Assembly: GCA_030248215.1 (NCBI GenBank)
Contig: JASANG010000753.1
Location: 1-64,000, forward strand
Origin: Enoplolaimus lenunculus
Taxonomy: Eukaryota
Length of the DNA stretch: 64,000 bases
Direction: 5' to 3'
This document shows, one piece after another, positions 61,726 to 64,000 of this stretch; within the stretch, counting starts at the first letter, position 1; the number at the start of each line of letters is the position of its first letter. The translations under genes were made by a program, and so were the position numbers. The notes beneath the pieces were generated by a model, which searched no databases, was not told the origin of the DNA, and was given only the letters and a program-made list of their open reading frames with translations.

Positions 61726-63238
61726 GTTTTTAGTAACTTGTGCTTTTTGCAGATCCGCACATTTTAAAGTACATTAATAATATATTTTTGAGAAACTCTA
61801 ATGGTTACATGACTGAGACAGGACAATTTAACGAAAAGTTCCTGTACTGTTTGGTTTGCAGGGAGACTGCGTCACATGTAATTAAAATGTACGACCGAAA
61901 CAATCGTAATCAGCAATCGATGGTTGTGCGTGGATTGCATGTTAATATCGATCGCAAGAAACCGCGAGAAGAGTTGTTCCCACAGGGTGCAAAAGAGTTT
62001 CAGTCACAACAGCGGTACGGGGCCAGTAACGCTGGCATCGGTGGAAGCACGGATCGAATAATGCCAGACAGCTATTCAGGCGGCAGTGGACCGAGTTCAC
62101 GAGGCGTCAGCGGTGCCGTTTCACCTCCCGGGGGGCAACAGCCACCGCGAGGAGGGGGGGTAGCGAACATGGGCGCCGGTCGGACTAATAGCCCGGTTAC
62201 TCAGCATGCCGGCGGGCCACCTGGACCGGTTAATAGTGGCGGACCTGGACGCGGTGGAGGTGAGTGACCATTTTTTGAGGAATTCGGGTATTGTTTTTGT
62301 TTAATTTACAATATCATCTGTGGTATGGTACAAGTTAACTGTTCCATTTCCGATGTAGTATTATTGTTAAATGCAAATTTTAAGCTGGAAGAATTTCTGA
62401 CATGATTTTTTATGCATTTGAGTGTAAGCATGTGAAACATGTTTGTCCTGGTGCATGTGCAATGTGTGAGTTCGAGTCGCCCTTGTATGCTTGCTTTTTC
62501 AGCTGCTTAGTTTAAAACTTGTTTCCTACATAGGCTGAATTTGGGGCTACGCCGTGAGCGGAATAGCAAATTGCTGTGCTTTGAACACGGCATGCAGTTG
62601 AAATAGAGGAACCGGCCAAGGGACGCCCTTGGTGAAAATTGGACATGTAAGCATATGAAACATGTTTGTTCCGGTGAATATGCAAAGGGACGCCCTTGGT
62701 GAAAATTGGACATGTAAGCATATGAAACATGTTTGTTCCGGTGCATATGCACTATATGCAATGCACATTGTGCAGTATGCTTTGCGGCAACATGCAATCG
62801 ACACATATAGGTCGACAAAAAGTAGCTAGAGAGGTTGGCTCAGTGCCGCAGTGGTAGAGCGCTTGCCTCAAAATCCTATGGCAGCTAATTCGAGCCGCTC
62901 CTGTATGCCTGCTTTCCTACCTGCCAAATGGGGTTGAAGTCCCGGTTCCTGCCTAGACTGACATTGAATATCATTTTTATCGAATAATAAATAAGTCACT
63001 GTGTATCGTTTTAGGCCCCGCGATGCGTGGAGGTCGCGGTGGCATGCGAGGCGGTTACCGCGGCGGAGGTTATTCTTCTGGAGGAGGGGGGCCCGCGCAA
63101 CGATCCGCATCGTATAGTTCCACAGGAAGCTCTGCCGGTGGTCCTCAGTATGCGCAACAACATAATCAACAACAGCAACAACCAGCGCGGCACAATCTGT
63201 CGGTACAAAAACAATCAAATACAGCAGTCAGCGAATAA
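51834..63238 (+). CDS. G3BP: Ras GTPase-activating protein-binding protein (G3BP/Rasputin)-like; NTF2-like + low-complexity regions + RRM + RGG; ~1614 aa
   Basis: Exons 51834-53065, 53290-53359, 54820-54921, 55993-56143, 56717-56792, 57100-58167, 58925-59205, 59877-60314, 60549-60769, 61035-61618, 61862-62259, 63015-63238 (4845 nt, phases consistent). NTF2-like: VGREFVRQYYTVLNSAPQFLYRFY..GVVIQVCGEL..RRFVQTFVL..KKYYLHNDIF. Also KTWANVA, RRM YPDDMQVFVSGLP..AFVVY, and C-terminal RGG repeats. Confidence 0.92.
53755..54320. repeat. Three diverged ~150-180-bp tandem units in a G3BP intron
   Basis: Recurring AATATGCAAATTA..TAACT..GTTTGTAAACA..AGATTCCTCGCA at ~53757, ~53910, ~54088. Confidence 0.65.
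61641..61723. repeat. (TA)n microsatellite in the intron splitting the G3BP RRM
   Basis: Read directly. Confidence 0.95.
62619..62745. repeat. Tandem duplication of a ~68-bp unit
   Basis: AGGGACGCCCTTGGTGAAAATTGGACATGTAAGCATATGAAACATGTTTGTTCCGGTG occurs twice; a partial third copy lies near 62423. Confidence 0.8.
62838..62960 (+). mobile_element. tRNA-derived SINE-like fragment in the last G3BP intron
   Basis: GGCTCAGTGCCGCAGTGGTAGAGCGCTTGCCT (A box / D-arm-like) and AATTCGAGCC (degenerate B box), but no closed cloverleaf. Confidence 0.5.
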
Positions 63239-64000
63239 CAACGGTTCCAATTTGATAAAACTACGGCAATAATGATAAAAATTTGGAAAAATTCACGTGA
63301 GTCAGTGCCACTGGCGACCTTAGCTAAATAGGTATTGTATGAAATTTGGATAATTCAGGGCTGAAATGTTTTACGTACGTACTCTTAGATTTGAGTTTAC
63401 TTTGGTATTTGTGGTTGGTTAAAGTATATCCATCTATACGGCAGAGTGACGAATTAAACGGGTTTTAGCTATTGGTAATTTCGTGTACGGTTATATTGTG
63501 GTAATTGTCTTTAGGCAACTACTTACAGTTGATCCGTATTGCGGTATGGTTATGGTAACTTTTGAACTGTGTGGCTGGTGTGCACGTTGGGTATACAGGG
63601 TTAATATAGAGGGTATGCGGTATTTTTGGTAGAAATCCAAAGTTGGTAAATGTGGCGAACTGTGAACGCTGGGTACTTCAAAATAGTCGTTTGAGAAACA
63701 AGCCTTGTGTCATCCTGCTGGCTCGGAATATTGTTTTTGTGGTTTTGGTAGTCGAACCCAGAATAGTTACACGCTGTAAGTTGTGAACCATTTGCTGTGA
63801 TGCAAATAACACTAATAGCATAAAACAAAATAACACTAATGAAGACACTGTAAACATAAACAAATAAAAACAATAAGGAATATCATTAAGCAACTATATT
63901 CTGATGTGTATGCTAATTTACGGAGTAGCAGACTGCTGTACTTTCCGCCGACAGGGGAAAATCTTTGGTCGGTTAGGGATGTTTTTGGGCCTTTGGGGTA

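Noticed and set aside
61546..61767. ORF with YIYIYI repeats
   Set aside because: Product of the (TA)n microsatellite.
62838..62910. Possible tRNA gene
   Set aside because: Only an A-box/D-arm-like 5' half and a degenerate B box; no acceptor stem or T arm, so treated as SINE-like.

Overview
AT-rich genomic DNA from an invertebrate animal with GT-AG spliceosomal introns and dense short DNA-transposon (MITE) content. The TTAGGC repeats hint at a nematode-type telomere motif, but the organism cannot be identified from this window. I reconstructed five multi-exon genes by hand from splice sites and reading-frame phase. They are a nicotinic acetylcholine receptor alpha subunit (+, ~8.9-19.4 kb), ITFG1/TIP/LINKIN (-, 23.3-27.3 kb), the RMND5/GID2 E3 ligase (-, 28.5-33.8 kb), a SLAIN-motif microtubule +TIP-like gene (-, 39.9-48.7 kb) and a very large G3BP/Rasputin-like gene (+, 51.8-63.2 kb). 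The most notable observations are four: (i) a ~1600-aa G3BP with a long N-terminal extension, a PAM2-like motif and a candidate frame-shifting cassette exon; (ii) a GC-rich, strand-asymmetric RNA fold at 36.8 kb that buries a splice donor upstream of RMND5; (iii) a Merlin-like MITE family with 8-bp TSDs that carries TTAGGC arrays; (iv) repeated nesting of MITEs inside other MITEs. All family assignments come from motif recognition, not database searches.
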